Source of the DNA: Piromyces finnis finn
Taxonomy: Eukaryota; Fungi; Neocallimastigomycota
DNA length: 64,000 nucleotides
Assembly (NCBI GenBank): GCA_002104945.1
Contig: MCFH01000007.1
Span: forward strand, 1,116,001 to 1,180,000
Reading direction: 5' to 3'
Shown here: positions 42,701 through 52,713 of the stretch, piece by piece
Position numbering within the stretch: position 1 is the first letter of the stretch
Layout of the letters: the number at the start of each line of letters is the position of its first letter
Translations under genes and position numbers: made by a program
The notes under the pieces: generated by a model
Told to the model about the DNA's origin: nothing
What the model saw: only the letters and a program-made list of their open reading frames with translations
The model's database searches: none

Positions 42701-45437
42701 TAATATTCAAAGTAAACAATTACTTTATGAACAAGATCTCGATAAGAAGGGAAATATTGTTCAAACTAAAGTATATGTTTATAAAAATCGTGATCAACAA
42801 TTACCAGTAGAAGCTTATTATGTTGAAAAAGATATAAAGTTATCAGAAAATCATACTCAAAACCAAAAATATCTTAAGAAGAGAATCTTTTATGATCAAG
42901 GTGAAAATCATAGGATTTCAACTGTGATTTTAAGAGTAAAGCAAGAAAAAACTGGAGAAAATATTGATGTTTATGCTACTTATGTATATGAGAAGGCTTC
43001 TAATAATGCTGTTACTCATCCAATTCCAAAGTACATTTCTTATAAATGTACTCAATTAAATTGGTCAATGGTTACTTTTTATGCTACTGGTTATAAAATT
43101 GAAAATCCTACTCTTAGTGAAGATCCAAAATTCTCCAGAATAGAATTCCGTCGTTTAAATAATCCTAATGTTGTTTACATTACCACATTTGATTATTCCC
43201 ACCCACAAAATACCAAAACCAACACTGTTCTTTTTTCAGAAGTTACTAATAATTATGTTCAAGTTGAAACTCCATATGAAGTTGCTAATGATCCATTAAA
43301 AATTTTAAGTGGAATCCCATCTCCATCATTTTATGCAAATAATGAAGTTTTAACATACAAGCTTAAATCCAAAAAGGATTGGATTTCTCACAAAAAAGTT
43401 AAGCGTATTTCATACTTTAGTGCAAAATATTCTACTTCTCTTCGTAGACAAGAATTATGGACTTACTGGCGTGCAAATAAAATTGAAGGTGTTTTCGCTC
43501 GTGACTTTGATGAACATCTTTTAAGAGAAGAAAAGGTCTTAAAGAAATATTGGAAGTATAGAGATAGTGGTAATAAGAGTAAGGCTATCGAAGCTTTAAC
43601 AAAAGTTAAACATATTCTTGATGTAGTTTTAGTGGTTACTGATCGTCCAACTACACGTACCAATTTACATTTAAAGTATTCTGACTTAGAGATTTTAGGT
43701 ACTGGTGGTGATGGTACAGAAATTGGTCGTCAATCTGAAACTGAAAATGATGATACTATTCTTCCAGTAATGAACCTTGATAGTGGTACTTGGCCAACTG
43801 GTGGTGGTGGTGTAGGTAGTTGTAGAAGAGATCTTATTGATTATTTGGAACACATTCGTTGGCATTCTCTTGTTGAAATTGGTTCTGCTGAAGCTGTACA
43901 ACGTGATTATCAAATCGAAAGAAACATTGCCTCTATTACTTATTTACCACTTTGGGATGTAGATTTTTCATCTCCAGATGAAAATATTTATAGAAAATTA
44001 GAATATCGTGCTTTATGTAGAAAGAAGATGCACACGAAAGATGAAATTGTTGTAAATATTTTCTCTCCAATTATTTACCAATTAATTTATGCATGTATGG
44101 ATGAAGATTTAACTAATGATAAGTTGAAGGAATATGAAGAATTATTTGTAGATTTATATCTTTACTTCCAAAAGTGTGATTGGACTATTAGTTGGAACCA
44201 TGTTGTTACTCAACGTACTTGGATTTGTACATGGCTAGAGGTTTCAGAACAAAAATTAAAGGAAGGAAAGTTGATTGATATGGAAATGCCAACTCTTAAA
44301 GAAATTGATATGCTTTTCTCGCTTATCAATCGTTTATTATTCCCATTGTCTGCAAAGTTAGATAATGTACCAGTTGTTCATGCCTCTCATCATGGTATTC
44401 AAGCTATTCTTGGTGTAATTGCAAAAGCTATTAATGGTTCAACGTTAGTTGTTTGGGATCATGGTATTTTATGGCGTGAACGTTTATTTGGTTTATGTTC
44501 TTCTGATGATATGCCAAAGTTTGTACAAATTGGTTTCGTTGGTTTAACCAGATTAGTTTCTAGATTGGTATATGCTAATGCTGATTATATTACTCCATGT
44601 ACTAGTATTCAAAATGTTTCTTGGGAACAATGGCTTGGAGGTGGAAAATATGGTGATGATGCTGAAAGACAACGTATTGCTAGAAATATTTACCCAGTTG
44701 TAAATGGTATGAATGTTGCTCGTTTCAATCCAAAGCCTGAATTAGAAAATCAAAGTCCATTAGCAGTTATGTTGTCACATATTAGTCCTGTAAAAGATAT
44801 TCATAATGCTATTCATGCTGCTGATGTTATTGTTAATGATTTACATATAACTAACTATACCCTTCACATTTATGGTAGTAAAGAAAAGGATGCTGCTTAT
44901 GCAGTTGAATCTCAAAACCTTATCAATTCTCTTAATCTTCAAAACAATGTTATTCTTCAAGGTCTTGGAAATGCGTCTAATGTACTTCCAACTGGATGGG
45001 TCTTTGTTAATTCTTCTATTACAGAAGGTTTACCATTAGCTCTTGGTGAAGCAGGTTTATGTGGATTACCTGTCGTATGTACAGATGTTGGTGGTTCTCG
45101 TGAAGTTATTTCAAACCTTGAAACTGGTGTAGTCTACGGTTCCATTGTTCCACCACAAAAGGCAAGACAATTAGCTTTAGGTCAGTTAAGAGTGTTGACT
45201 ATGACTGATGGTTTAGAACAATTAGTTGATCCACAAGCTCCATTAATTAAGTTAGAAGAATTATTAGCTAGAGGACCACAAGCTGTCGAACAAAGAATGT
45301 GTCATCCAACAGTAAAAGAAAAGAGACGTAAGCTTGGTTTATTATTAAGACAAAGAACTATTGATACTTTCTCTATTGCTAAATATTGGCGTCAACATGA
45401 ACAAGTTTTATGGTTAGGATATTTATATAAAAATTAA
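36714..45437 (+). CDS. 2907-aa multi-pass membrane protein with C-terminal PelF/DUF3492-like GT4 glycosyltransferase (Gtb3-like putative exopolysaccharide synthase)
   Basis: Single uninterrupted ORF. GT4 EX7E motif NSSITEGLPLALGEAGLCGLPVVCTDVGG; PelF-like VVWDHGILWRER and MLSHISPVKDI; LDSGTWPTGGGGVGSCRRD block. Two hydrophobic TM clusters at ~39360-40060 and ~40490-41145. The N-terminal region may be a degenerate TIM-barrel (by eye). Confidence 0.8.
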   Translation: MDKTKGSKNNKIIAYNKAKFNFKNFKTFAIYNGPVNLISWSPKNKVDILLLPIDKLTNTALTSYGNDQKSFSSNRSFSNSPYQNSPYQNSPYQNSPLIFEKNKNNLGIYNRESDAFIFKGVKMIIGFIDITRFIQKYSKPSSFARHIKHNLKPIVKDFNIKPDGIAIFGLPELRLICSEEECIEFIEHLRGYFQNVILIADIDDLGIFKKVRDIIDGTFLKSSIFFADGSQKTRHDLPTAGYLDYLTELKNEINNKADFMVFDVEVLPPFVGNHKEYILMHKVIEWIGEYNFLGSVVHTNEMNDPKDVRPLAYLKIADDNVFEYVNSDQIKKTKKAIEGLVLKLDPYEYPITPATWEPVLNAVKFPPIISDRFKNITSVKREDFTDTVFAKPIPPKVPLIAELQKVTQNEIGDAVVKKPRVPIQRPTRDNLNLGGSLRIHHSVSFKNRKNKPNVEKEKVYNISRVTGMSYVGISCDMKRTSEINMNIARVLFRLLTKKLLSPLRYSIDVPSNEYTPAFNKMIDVLEEMIEKPSRCIRYMENSVFKDQNITSIFQQLKDDLLNNRVEVLTVTSGSLRLIEENPLPYKPVIAIGGEVQEEPNTLYIFVSETVPDILEAVLHIYCKQKYVFSTQQCVIMESAVVGQTQKKCKLPISERIIWQLNNLSYSEKIDLVRRTQKVIDTIEHSKVATTNKHETIYAVEIAKYIKQYCNYLLIKKQNYEDRLIQATYEGFLPTSVFEEEMAQFIAWATLDPIGPDLMNEYCRCIEKVVSDKYFKSDSPYSVCLCYLFYAFWKGCRRVAWMNLYSSLLDINSLYLEDSDQVAVGMEMTTTQSNMNFLYDLNSHQLSKAMHTLLRSRGRKIPLGNYENQLNQTYTESDHKMKTIANAFIFVYPVLVDLLLIKFLGSGIFVSSNLEEQSRNCISLVLLIIFPIIGGIINSVARTCTYYFFQKSMPLMLESFSKRLSSALIVITIVSSVLAGFSILFTRKGIYDENLETGGRTLNHYEYNYYAIPLTFFYAMGFCLYLLFFSILTSIKNSDIMFLKCDGPRSAIIGVCILLIPMACANFIFTPDTTKPGYQKERRDEFIIPWKSNLAWAVYDLAFFVSVTYMAHMFKRIAHDYIDWPSKLKIPSDEEIQSYFESSHPRPTPFPNEPKDVYDKRILLWNRAARQYYMKEVTNNIHSPSFKSQPQIIKQRVVQERWEMELMQWFFLRTGTTIYPEKYSNQWDTMVKGGIIDLKKKYQIEKLNRGDLLFQFESPAIYFGIFYFIFIFIDKWAMFIMTGKPVISIYNPGMNEINNMYVNATLFATIFMLISSGFLEITLNSLLKYEMESSIQVRMNTHKGKEMFASFKNNSRKIYRTELIKFLTMMFIVLMIVMGVFLFTQIGETTNYLAVVLFLLVTLGFTGFLVGLFHKLFFKSQDTEVLLNKIMIVIIVLAILIPVALKFMLSKQGVPWQVGITTSLGGWFFGIACIYLYFKETYSNVHYTTTLAPHLASSGQRFINDTHDSLAIKTLNTFCQLKAPKSKIQLSSQSHQLILNKMNHFLEQFSYLPDGHILKLAFPKGKQILSTIVHDLSNGKIKVFFLPEQLFDIAGHRYTAVSRMNENVLEVYTFEKQTMGIVTDVINDEVTTWVCASIVHEFCEQVFGYTHANACTCEYLCYPADRVLKVLPSRYEYQIKNSTDYESRKMFYNTDNITLQKGLFDIKVDVEWPRLSRESRVWLIRWMSDLERVMSEFDQNSYQFNINKIKTFLNNIPSNLLATIHKYNNPGSDIRELVAMNLISIFNSRLILQNLDGATGFRVGRRNGLQKKKTRYSFIISYKTLQPFKSKVNANTMRGTTIRRSQREIENEKPSFLENVSIKLKEYELLFFLSFTGDPRFGREISSMKIFFLIRFILVRFFKIARRLSWYITKTFYLKHKSETINLMRQMKDGLFRTHFVSGGRLLRVDSYNSSAETLVSLMEFRDGYMIANRYSGPRALTWKPNSSDVPVSRGYFNIQSKQLLYEQDLDKKGNIVQTKVYVYKNRDQQLPVEAYYVEKDIKLSENHTQNQKYLKKRIFYDQGENHRISTVILRVKQEKTGENIDVYATYVYEKASNNAVTHPIPKYISYKCTQLNWSMVTFYATGYKIENPTLSEDPKFSRIEFRRLNNPNVVYITTFDYSHPQNTKTNTVLFSEVTNNYVQVETPYEVANDPLKILSGIPSPSFYANNEVLTYKLKSKKDWISHKKVKRISYFSAKYSTSLRRQELWTYWRANKIEGVFARDFDEHLLREEKVLKKYWKYRDSGNKSKAIEALTKVKHILDVVLVVTDRPTTRTNLHLKYSDLEILGTGGDGTEIGRQSETENDDTILPVMNLDSGTWPTGGGGVGSCRRDLIDYLEHIRWHSLVEIGSAEAVQRDYQIERNIASITYLPLWDVDFSSPDENIYRKLEYRALCRKKMHTKDEIVVNIFSPIIYQLIYACMDEDLTNDKLKEYEELFVDLYLYFQKCDWTISWNHVVTQRTWICTWLEVSEQKLKEGKLIDMEMPTLKEIDMLFSLINRLLFPLSAKLDNVPVVHASHHGIQAILGVIAKAINGSTLVVWDHGILWRERLFGLCSSDDMPKFVQIGFVGLTRLVSRLVYANADYITPCTSIQNVSWEQWLGGGKYGDDAERQRIARNIYPVVNGMNVARFNPKPELENQSPLAVMLSHISPVKDIHNAIHAADVIVNDLHITNYTLHIYGSKEKDAAYAVESQNLINSLNLQNNVILQGLGNASNVLPTGWVFVNSSITEGLPLALGEAGLCGLPVVCTDVGGSREVISNLETGVVYGSIVPPQKARQLALGQLRVLTMTDGLEQLVDPQAPLIKLEELLARGPQAVEQRMCHPTVKEKRRKLGLLLRQRTIDTFSIAKYWRQHEQVLWLGYLYKN
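36948..37001 (+). repeat. 15-bp coding tandem repeat encoding (NSPYQ)x3 + NSP
   Basis: aat tct cca tac caa / aat tcc cca tac caa / aat tct cca tat caa / aat tcc cct, read directly. Confidence 0.9.
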
Positions 45438-46125
45438 AAAAAAACATAGACTATATCAAAATCCTTTACAATTGGCATTTTTGTATAATTATCCTAAAAA
45501 ACATTGTTTAAAAATCAAATCTTTATCTATTTAAAAAAAAAATGAAATAGAATTTTCAAAATCATAATTTTTTATCACATTGAATAATATTTTTTTATTA
45601 ATATATCATTTATTTTCACAATATATTATATTTTCTTTTAATTTAATTTTTAAAGCATTTAATACTTCTAAACGAAAATTATTTCATAAGAAGGAAAAAA
45701 AGAAAAATAAAGAGTAAAATTTAATATTTATATTTATTAATATTTTTACTTTTTTTTTTTTTAAAAAAAAAAGTATTTAATAAAATAGAATTATTATATA
45801 ATATTTATAATAATTAAAATATCGACAGACATGAAAAAAATTTACAGAAAAAAGAAAAACATTTTAAAAATCATAAATAAAAATATTCATAATAAATAAA
45901 TAAATAAAGTCATAAATGTATAAAATAAAAAATCTATAATAGTAAAATTTAAAATATTGGTTTTGATTATTAATGAAAGGTATATAATAGAAAAGTAGAA
46001 AGAATAATAAACAAATAAATAAATTTTATTTTATTCAATGTTACAAAGATTATTAATATATACATATTTAATTATAAGTAATTGAAAAATAAAATTTATG
46101 AAAATTTGTTCTTATTTATATTACT

Positions 46126-46257
46126 TGTGTCTTATGCCATATACAATGAGTTAATTAATACAATGAATTATTAATGTAATATATAATGAAGTCATACAAC
46201 TAGATAAAATATATTATTTGACACTTATTAATTTAGTTCATTCTTAGTATTCTAACA
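46126..46257 (-). repeat. 3' LTR (132 bp, TG...CA) of the copia remnant
   Basis: Begins TGTGTCTTATGCC and ends ...TTCTAACA, adjacent to the PPT (GAGAGGGAA on minus). Matches 48012-48118. Confidence 0.82.
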
Positions 46258-47734
46258 TTCCCTCTCAGTCAAGAATATTTTGTTTATCAAAACTTTTATC
46301 TGTATATATCGTCATCTTTGATCTATTAAAATCTTTGGTAATAGGATCAGCTAGCATTTCTTCAGTTTCTACATACTCCAAAGCAACATTTCTATTCTTA
46401 ATATTATCTCTATTGAATTGATATTTTATGTCAATGCGTTTTAATTTGTTATTTAATAGTTGTTTTGCTTGCAAGATTATTAGTATAAACTTTGATTGGG
46501 TAAAGTATTTTTAATATTTAAAACCTTTTTAATACATTCTGTCATAGTAATATATTCTGCAGACGTTGCTACAACGGATTGTTTCTTGGTTTGTCAGCAT
46601 ATAGGATCATTGTTCATTAATATAATATATTCAGAGGTGTATATCCTGTCCTTAATGTCTCCGGCAATATCAGAATCACTATATACAACTATTTCCTCAT
46701 GTCCTTTGTATTTAAGTTTATAGCTTTTAGTATAATTTAAATATTTTAATATATTAATTACAATTTTCCAATCAGCAATAGTTGGATGTGCACAGAAGCA
46801 CCAGTATCGAAAGTCCAAATAATTTTGCTACTTGATGAGTTCATAACTAGAGATATAGTAGATTCTGTTGTTTCTTTATTAAAATTCTTTTCATTTTCTT
46901 CTATTTCTTTATCCTCTGTAAACTCTATATTTTCTTCTTCTTCTATTGTTTCAAAACTATCCAACCTTTATTATATATAGCTTGAATTTCATCAAAAGAG
47001 ATTTCATCATCTTAGGAGTCTTCATTATCTTCTTTTAGTGATTCTTGAGGGTAAATATATTCTATGCTACTTATGAATTTGTTTTCATTTTATATATTTT
47101 TTTTGTGCTTAAGCCCTTTTCTTTCTTTTGATTTGTCGCTACGTTTGTTCTCTACACTATTTTTATTGTATTTTTTATATGTGTTATAAATACAATTTTC
47201 TGTATTGTGTCCAAATGTTCTCTAAATGTAGCAATAAGTTGGAATTGGACTTAGAACATAATTGGGTTTGTAAGTACGGCTACATTTTCCATTTGTTTCA
47301 ATGTTGTTGAGATCCATAAAGTCATCATTATTTTTAGTATTTCTATCGAAATCAATATTAATATGTAAATAAATTTGGAAGTTTTTTTTTTATTAATTGA
47401 TTCTTTTAGAAAATCTTCAACCGATTCATTTCTATCTGGGTGGATTTGTTGTCTAAAATTTTTTGGGAACCCAAAGTAAAGTACTCTAATCTTTTTCTAA
47501 GATAAGTGTTGAATGGTATTTACTACATTAAAAATTTTTTTGATCTGGTTTATTACATTCTTACATTCGGCAAGATTTTCGGCTTTTAAAGAGTACAATT
47601 TCTTGTCAAGGATTTCTTAGGCTCTTAATTTAGACATATCATCGTAAGTAGTGTTATTAAAGTAATGAGACTCTTTAATTTTTTATTTTATTAAATATTT
47701 TGTTATAAAATAAAGTTTATTAATATATACAAGT

Positions 47735-47736
<2 letters not shown>

Positions 47737-47794
<58 letters not shown>

Positions 47795-47960
47795 TTCCGA
47801 GTGCATTTCTCCCATCGATCAGAGTTAGCTCCAATGGTGGTTCTTAGAGAAACGTTGGCTCATTCCTATTGCTAGGTGGTTGTGACCCTCCTGGTCTGTC
47901 ATACTGTTTCTTCAGCTTCGACGCTCACTTAATCCATGTACATTAGATGCATGTCGTTGT
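47737..47960 (-). mobile_element. Short GC-richer poly(A)-tailed retroposed fragment (5'-truncated LINE 3' end or SINE) nested in the copia remnant
   Basis: A 55-nt T run (47737-47791) abuts ~170 bp of roughly balanced GC content in an AT-rich background. It lies between the 5' LTR and gag. No convincing TSD found. Confidence 0.6.
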
Positions 47961-48011
47961 CATTATTACTTGAAAAATAAAATCTGAAAATTTATTTTCA
48001 TTCATACTAAT

Positions 48012-48118
48012 TGTGGCTTATGCCGCAATATGTTAATACAATATGTTATTTATGTAATATATAATGAAGTAAATACAACTAGATAAAATTTATTATTTGA
48101 CACTTAATGAATTTAGTT
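48012..48118 (-). repeat. Truncated 5' LTR of the copia remnant
   Basis: TGTGGCTTATGCC...ATGTAATATATAATGAAGT...ACAACTAGATAAAAT...TATTATTTGACACTTA...ATTTAGTT is a diverged direct copy of 46126-46238. Confidence 0.8.
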
Positions 48119-48681
48119 AAAAATAAATAAATAAATTGATAAATTTCTATTAGATAAAAATTTGATTAGGTTTATAACGTTACTAGTATTGATTTTCTTA
48201 GTTTTCTTATAGTTACACTATTGTTATGAAAACTGTAATGATAAAAATATAAATTACATATATTTTATGATTACAACGTGGCCTATATATTAGTTTATTA
48301 GGCAATGATGAATATTATAAATATTTACAGGATTATTAGAATTATCATTAACTTTATTTTTACTTAATAGTTATTACTTTCATTATTAAAAAACAATTCT
48401 AAATATGAATAACAATAACTCATTTCTTAATACACATTAATTTTTATTTTATTTTTTTAAAATTTATTTTTTAATATCTAAATAAAAAGTTATAGTTATG
48501 GAAGCAATTTAAAAAAAAAAAAAAAATTTAAAAGATACATTTATAAATAAGGAAAATAATAAAAAAATTTGTAACCATTTGAAATATTATTGATATTATA
48601 TCATTTTTATATATGTTAAAATAAATAAATAAAAAAAATTAATGAATTTCACATAAATTAATAAATTAATCCTTTATTGGT

Positions 48682-48713
<32 letters not shown>

Positions 48714-48754
48714 ACTTTAATATTTGTTATTAATTCATTGAAAAAAAATTTTTT

Positions 48755-50910
48755 TTATTGACTTTTCATGGCTTGAAAGAAAGTCTTATTATTAAATATA
48801 ATGAAAGAATGATTTTTATTAATAATGTTATTATATGCTTAATAATTAAATACAATTATATAAATAATATTTACCTTTAAATATTTAGCAAAGGTTTTCT
48901 TATCTGAATTTTGCATTGCATTAACAAAATCGTTAGCAGCTTGGGATGGACAATTTATGGATGGGAAAAAGTAGGACAAAAGGTATTCGGCATATTTAAC
49001 ACCTTGTTTTTGTAAAATAGTTAAGTGAAGAGCTGAAATTTCATTCATGATCTAGAAAATTAAATTTAAAGTTAATATATTTATAAATTATTTAAATAAC
49101 GATAATTATTTCAACTATGTAATATATATGTAATAATAAGTATATTAACTATTTAACATTTTATAGTAGTAATAATAAAATAATTATTATTTAAAGTTTT
49201 TATTCTTACAACTAAAGATTCAGCATTATGGAAATTAAATTCATTCTTCATTATAATTTCGAATATAATAGTAACAATTTGTTGATAGATGAAATCAACA
49301 AATCCTGGTATTGAGGTTTGCTCAGTTGTTCCTCCCCAAACATTAACCATTTTTCCTAAAACAGAAAGTGCAGATTTTTGACTTTGAATATCAGCTGAAT
49401 CACGTGCGCAATGAACAACGGATTCCATAATCATTGGAAGATGTTTACTATTGCCTACAAAATAAAAAAAAAAGGAAAAATTTTAATTTATTTATTAATA
49501 TTAGCGCTGCTTTGAATTTATTAAAAAGTATTATAATTTAACTTACTATCACTAATAAGTATATTTTGAAGGCTACTGGTAAAGATGGTACCTAAAAAGT
49601 TCATATAAGCTCTTCTAAGTTCAAACATTGAAATAATATCATCAGTACCATTGGCAGGTTGATTTAAAAATATAAAAACTCTTTCTACAATTGGATATAA
49701 TAATTCATTCATGATTGGTAATGAGTTATTCTTAAATTTGTGAATTAAAAGGTCAAAAAAAGAAGTTAATAAGGAAGTGAGTTCATTTTTTGAACATTTA
49801 GTAAGTAAACCGCCATTCATCATTGGAATAACAAATTTTATGACTTCACTTCCTATACATGGAATTAAACGTTGTAATACGTATCGTATAGAATCACGAA
49901 TACTATTTTGATCTGATAAACGTTCTAACACAACAACATTTGACTCTAAAGTTTTATTGAAAATGGCAATCCATGGAGGTGTAATATTATTTTGTAAAAG
50001 GGAGATATTTGGAAAACCATGGCCTATACTACCAATAGCATGAATTATATGATTCAATTGGTGAGTAAATTGCATATTTTTTGGTGTATCCATTTGATAT
50101 AAAGATTTTGATATAATTTCGTCAATAGTATTAAGCATTGGTTGAATGATAGTCTAAAAAATGATATAATAAAAAATGATATATATTAATAATTATTTTT
50201 AACTACTATTATATTATATGTATTATTATTATGCATTATTGCTACATAGTTATTATTATTTTGAATTTTTGTAATCAATGTTTAAATAGCTAAACTTACA
50301 CCAAGATATTCAGATTGTTGTTCTATTGGGATGCTTTCTAATGAGATTAACATACCAACAGCTTCGAATAAATATAAATCATTATAGGATTGAGAGTTTA
50401 AGTTATTTAAAGTAATTGGTGTTGGTTGAATAATTAAAAGATTTTGAATATTTGTTAAAACAGTTTGAACATATGGGGCTAATTTAGCCTTCATTGATTT
50501 AACAAATCTAGCAAATAAATAATTTAATCTAGTTTTAATAATAATTTCTGAGTTATGGAGACCGCTAATTTATTACAAAGCAAAAAATTGTAAATTCAAA
50601 AAGTATTTTAAAAAATTATTACATTTATCAAAAATGTATAAAACAATTAGCATTTTATTTAATATAATGAAATAATAATAAAAATGAAAACTTATAACTA
50701 ATGTTGTTTTATGTCCAAAAGTAAGAATTTTATAAAACATTTACCGATTACAAACGAAGGCTTCTAAAACGTTTGGAATAAATTGTGAATGAATATCAAA
50801 GAAATTGGTGTATCTACTAATAATTTCAAAATACATGATCGGAATTGCAGAATGAGGGTAATAAATTACATCTTTTTATGTTGTATATAAGTATAATTAA
50901 TAATTTAATA

Positions 50911-50957
<47 letters not shown>

Positions 50958-52713
50958 TAATAATTAGTTATATTATAAAAAATTATTTATTTATAATCTA
51001 TTAGTTTAAATGTTATATAATATTTATCAGGAAACTAACTTGATTGGAACATTTTTTCAATCATTTGATAGAAAACACTCCCTGGTTCATAATTTAAGGT
51101 AGCTCTCTTTGATTCACCAAAAATATAAATTAAATAAAGGGCTAATTCTGCTTCGGACCATGAGGCGTTAATAGATGAATTTGAACTATCAATTTTCTCA
51201 ATATTGATACGGTCAAATGTAGAGCAGACAATAGAAAATACTGTTTGGGTACTAACATTTTCATCAATGGCAAAAATAGAGTCATAAAATACCTTTAAGT
51301 TTTTTCTCATTTCAATGAAAAGGGCTTCATCTTCATCTTCACCAAAGGAGAATTCTATGTCTTCATCATATTTCATTTTTGCTATAATAACTTTTAATAA
51401 TTCTAATATATTTTCTTGGTAGTTTGGAATATCAGAAAAACCAACCTTCTTTTGTTGTTTTAATAAATTAGCATAGTTATTAACAAATGGGAAAAGCGCT
51501 GATGAAGTATCATCATATTCGTTAGCTAAAAGTTTTAACATGTATGGGAACAAAGTTTGTATATAACCATATGCCATTGTTTTTGCTTCTGGGATTTCTT
51601 TGACATCATCACAAAGTGAAGCAAGCTCGACACCCAAAAGGTTAATTAATTTTGCGATTTGTTCTTCAAAATCAATATTATCAAATTTTAACTGAGGGAG
51701 AAGGTTTGGAATATTTAAAAGTTGAATTAATTGTAATTTTTCAAGTGGTCTCATACCTTTGGAAATAATACTACAAAGACATTCGGTAGCAGCCATACGT
51801 AATTCTTCGACATTCATGAATTGATATAAAGCTGACATAAAAGTATCAGTAACAATTAATTTAATATCAATCCACATAACATATTGACCAATAATATTTA
51901 AACATTTATTAGCAATAGATGGATTTGCTTGACAATTAGTCATTAAAATTTTAAACCAATATTCAACTAATTTAATTACAGCACCTTCTCTCATAGTATC
52001 TTTAATGAGTGTATTTTTTTGTAATTCGTTAGATGATCTATTAATAAGTAAGGAAACTACTTCTTCATCAATTGTAGAACAGATACGTAAAAAGAAGTCA
52101 ATAAGTGTATTTGATCTTGGAGTATTCATTGATTGATCTACTAAACCAATTAAATCGTCAAAAAATGTTGGCCAATTTTCTGGATATTGATTCTTAAATA
52201 ATTGTACTATACTTTGAGCTAATTTATTTTTAATAAATGGCTTTTCATTAATATCTAATGATATTTTTATCCATTCCCAAAGTGTTTGCTTTATATAATC
52301 TTGTTGGTTTTTGTCTAAATTATTTAAATGATTTTCAATAGTTTCTTCTACAACTTGAAGTGCAAAATATCTAACTTCCGGAGTGCTATTATTAAAATAA
52401 AATATTTTTTTTCAATTTATTATTTAAAATATATTTACAATTTAATTTTTTTTTAATTTATTAATATATTTATATGTATATATACATTAAATCAATAATA
52501 AAAAATAGAATGTTTTTTTCTTTAAGTAATATATATCTTTATAAATAGATAAAAAAAATACCTTGGTGGTGATTTAATAAATAAATTTAAACAAAGTTGC
52601 CAACCATCATTAGAGTTTTTAATTTGTTCACAATATTGTGTAGCTTGAGCTTTCATCTCAGCATTTGAATTGGAAGATAAGGCACATTGAACTGCAGCTT
52701 CTAAATTTTCCAT
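48755..52713 (-). CDS. LOS1: Exportin-T (tRNA nuclear export receptor), multi-exon
   Basis: MENLEAAVQCALSS...KAQATQYCEQIK, EVRYFALQVVEE, FIKNKLAQ...YPENWPTFF, IDFFLRICSTIDEEV...NTLIKDTMRE, KGMRPLEKL, FIEMRKNLK and NDLYLFEAVGML are Los1/XPOT-type blocks. Final exon TFFQAMKSQ*, stop at 48755-48757. Confidence 0.92.

Larger units (their letters stand above)
46126..48118 (-). mobile_element. Degenerate, internally deleted Ty1/copia LTR retrotransposon
   Basis: Minus-strand remnants: gag-like region (~47620-47350); broken zinc knuckle CYI*RTFGHNTENC (~47185-47235); protease start IIWTFDTGASVH (~46800); RNase H motifs YSDSDIAGDIKDR, CWQTKKQSVVATSAEY and KRIDIKYQFNRD...EMLADPITK. Polypurine tract at 46258-46266; direct terminal repeats; multiple stops and frameshifts. 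Confidence 0.88.

Noticed and set aside
40883-43913. Minus-strand ORFs inside the GT4 gene
   Set aside because: Antisense shadows with no recognisable motifs.
47790-47960. tRNA, U3 snoRNA, SRP RNA or hammerhead ribozyme identity for the GC-rich insert
   Set aside because: Only partial motif resemblances (TAGCTCCAATGG, GAGCGTCGAAG, CTGAAGA). No cloverleaf, B-box, C/D box set or correctly spaced hammerhead core could be built by eye.
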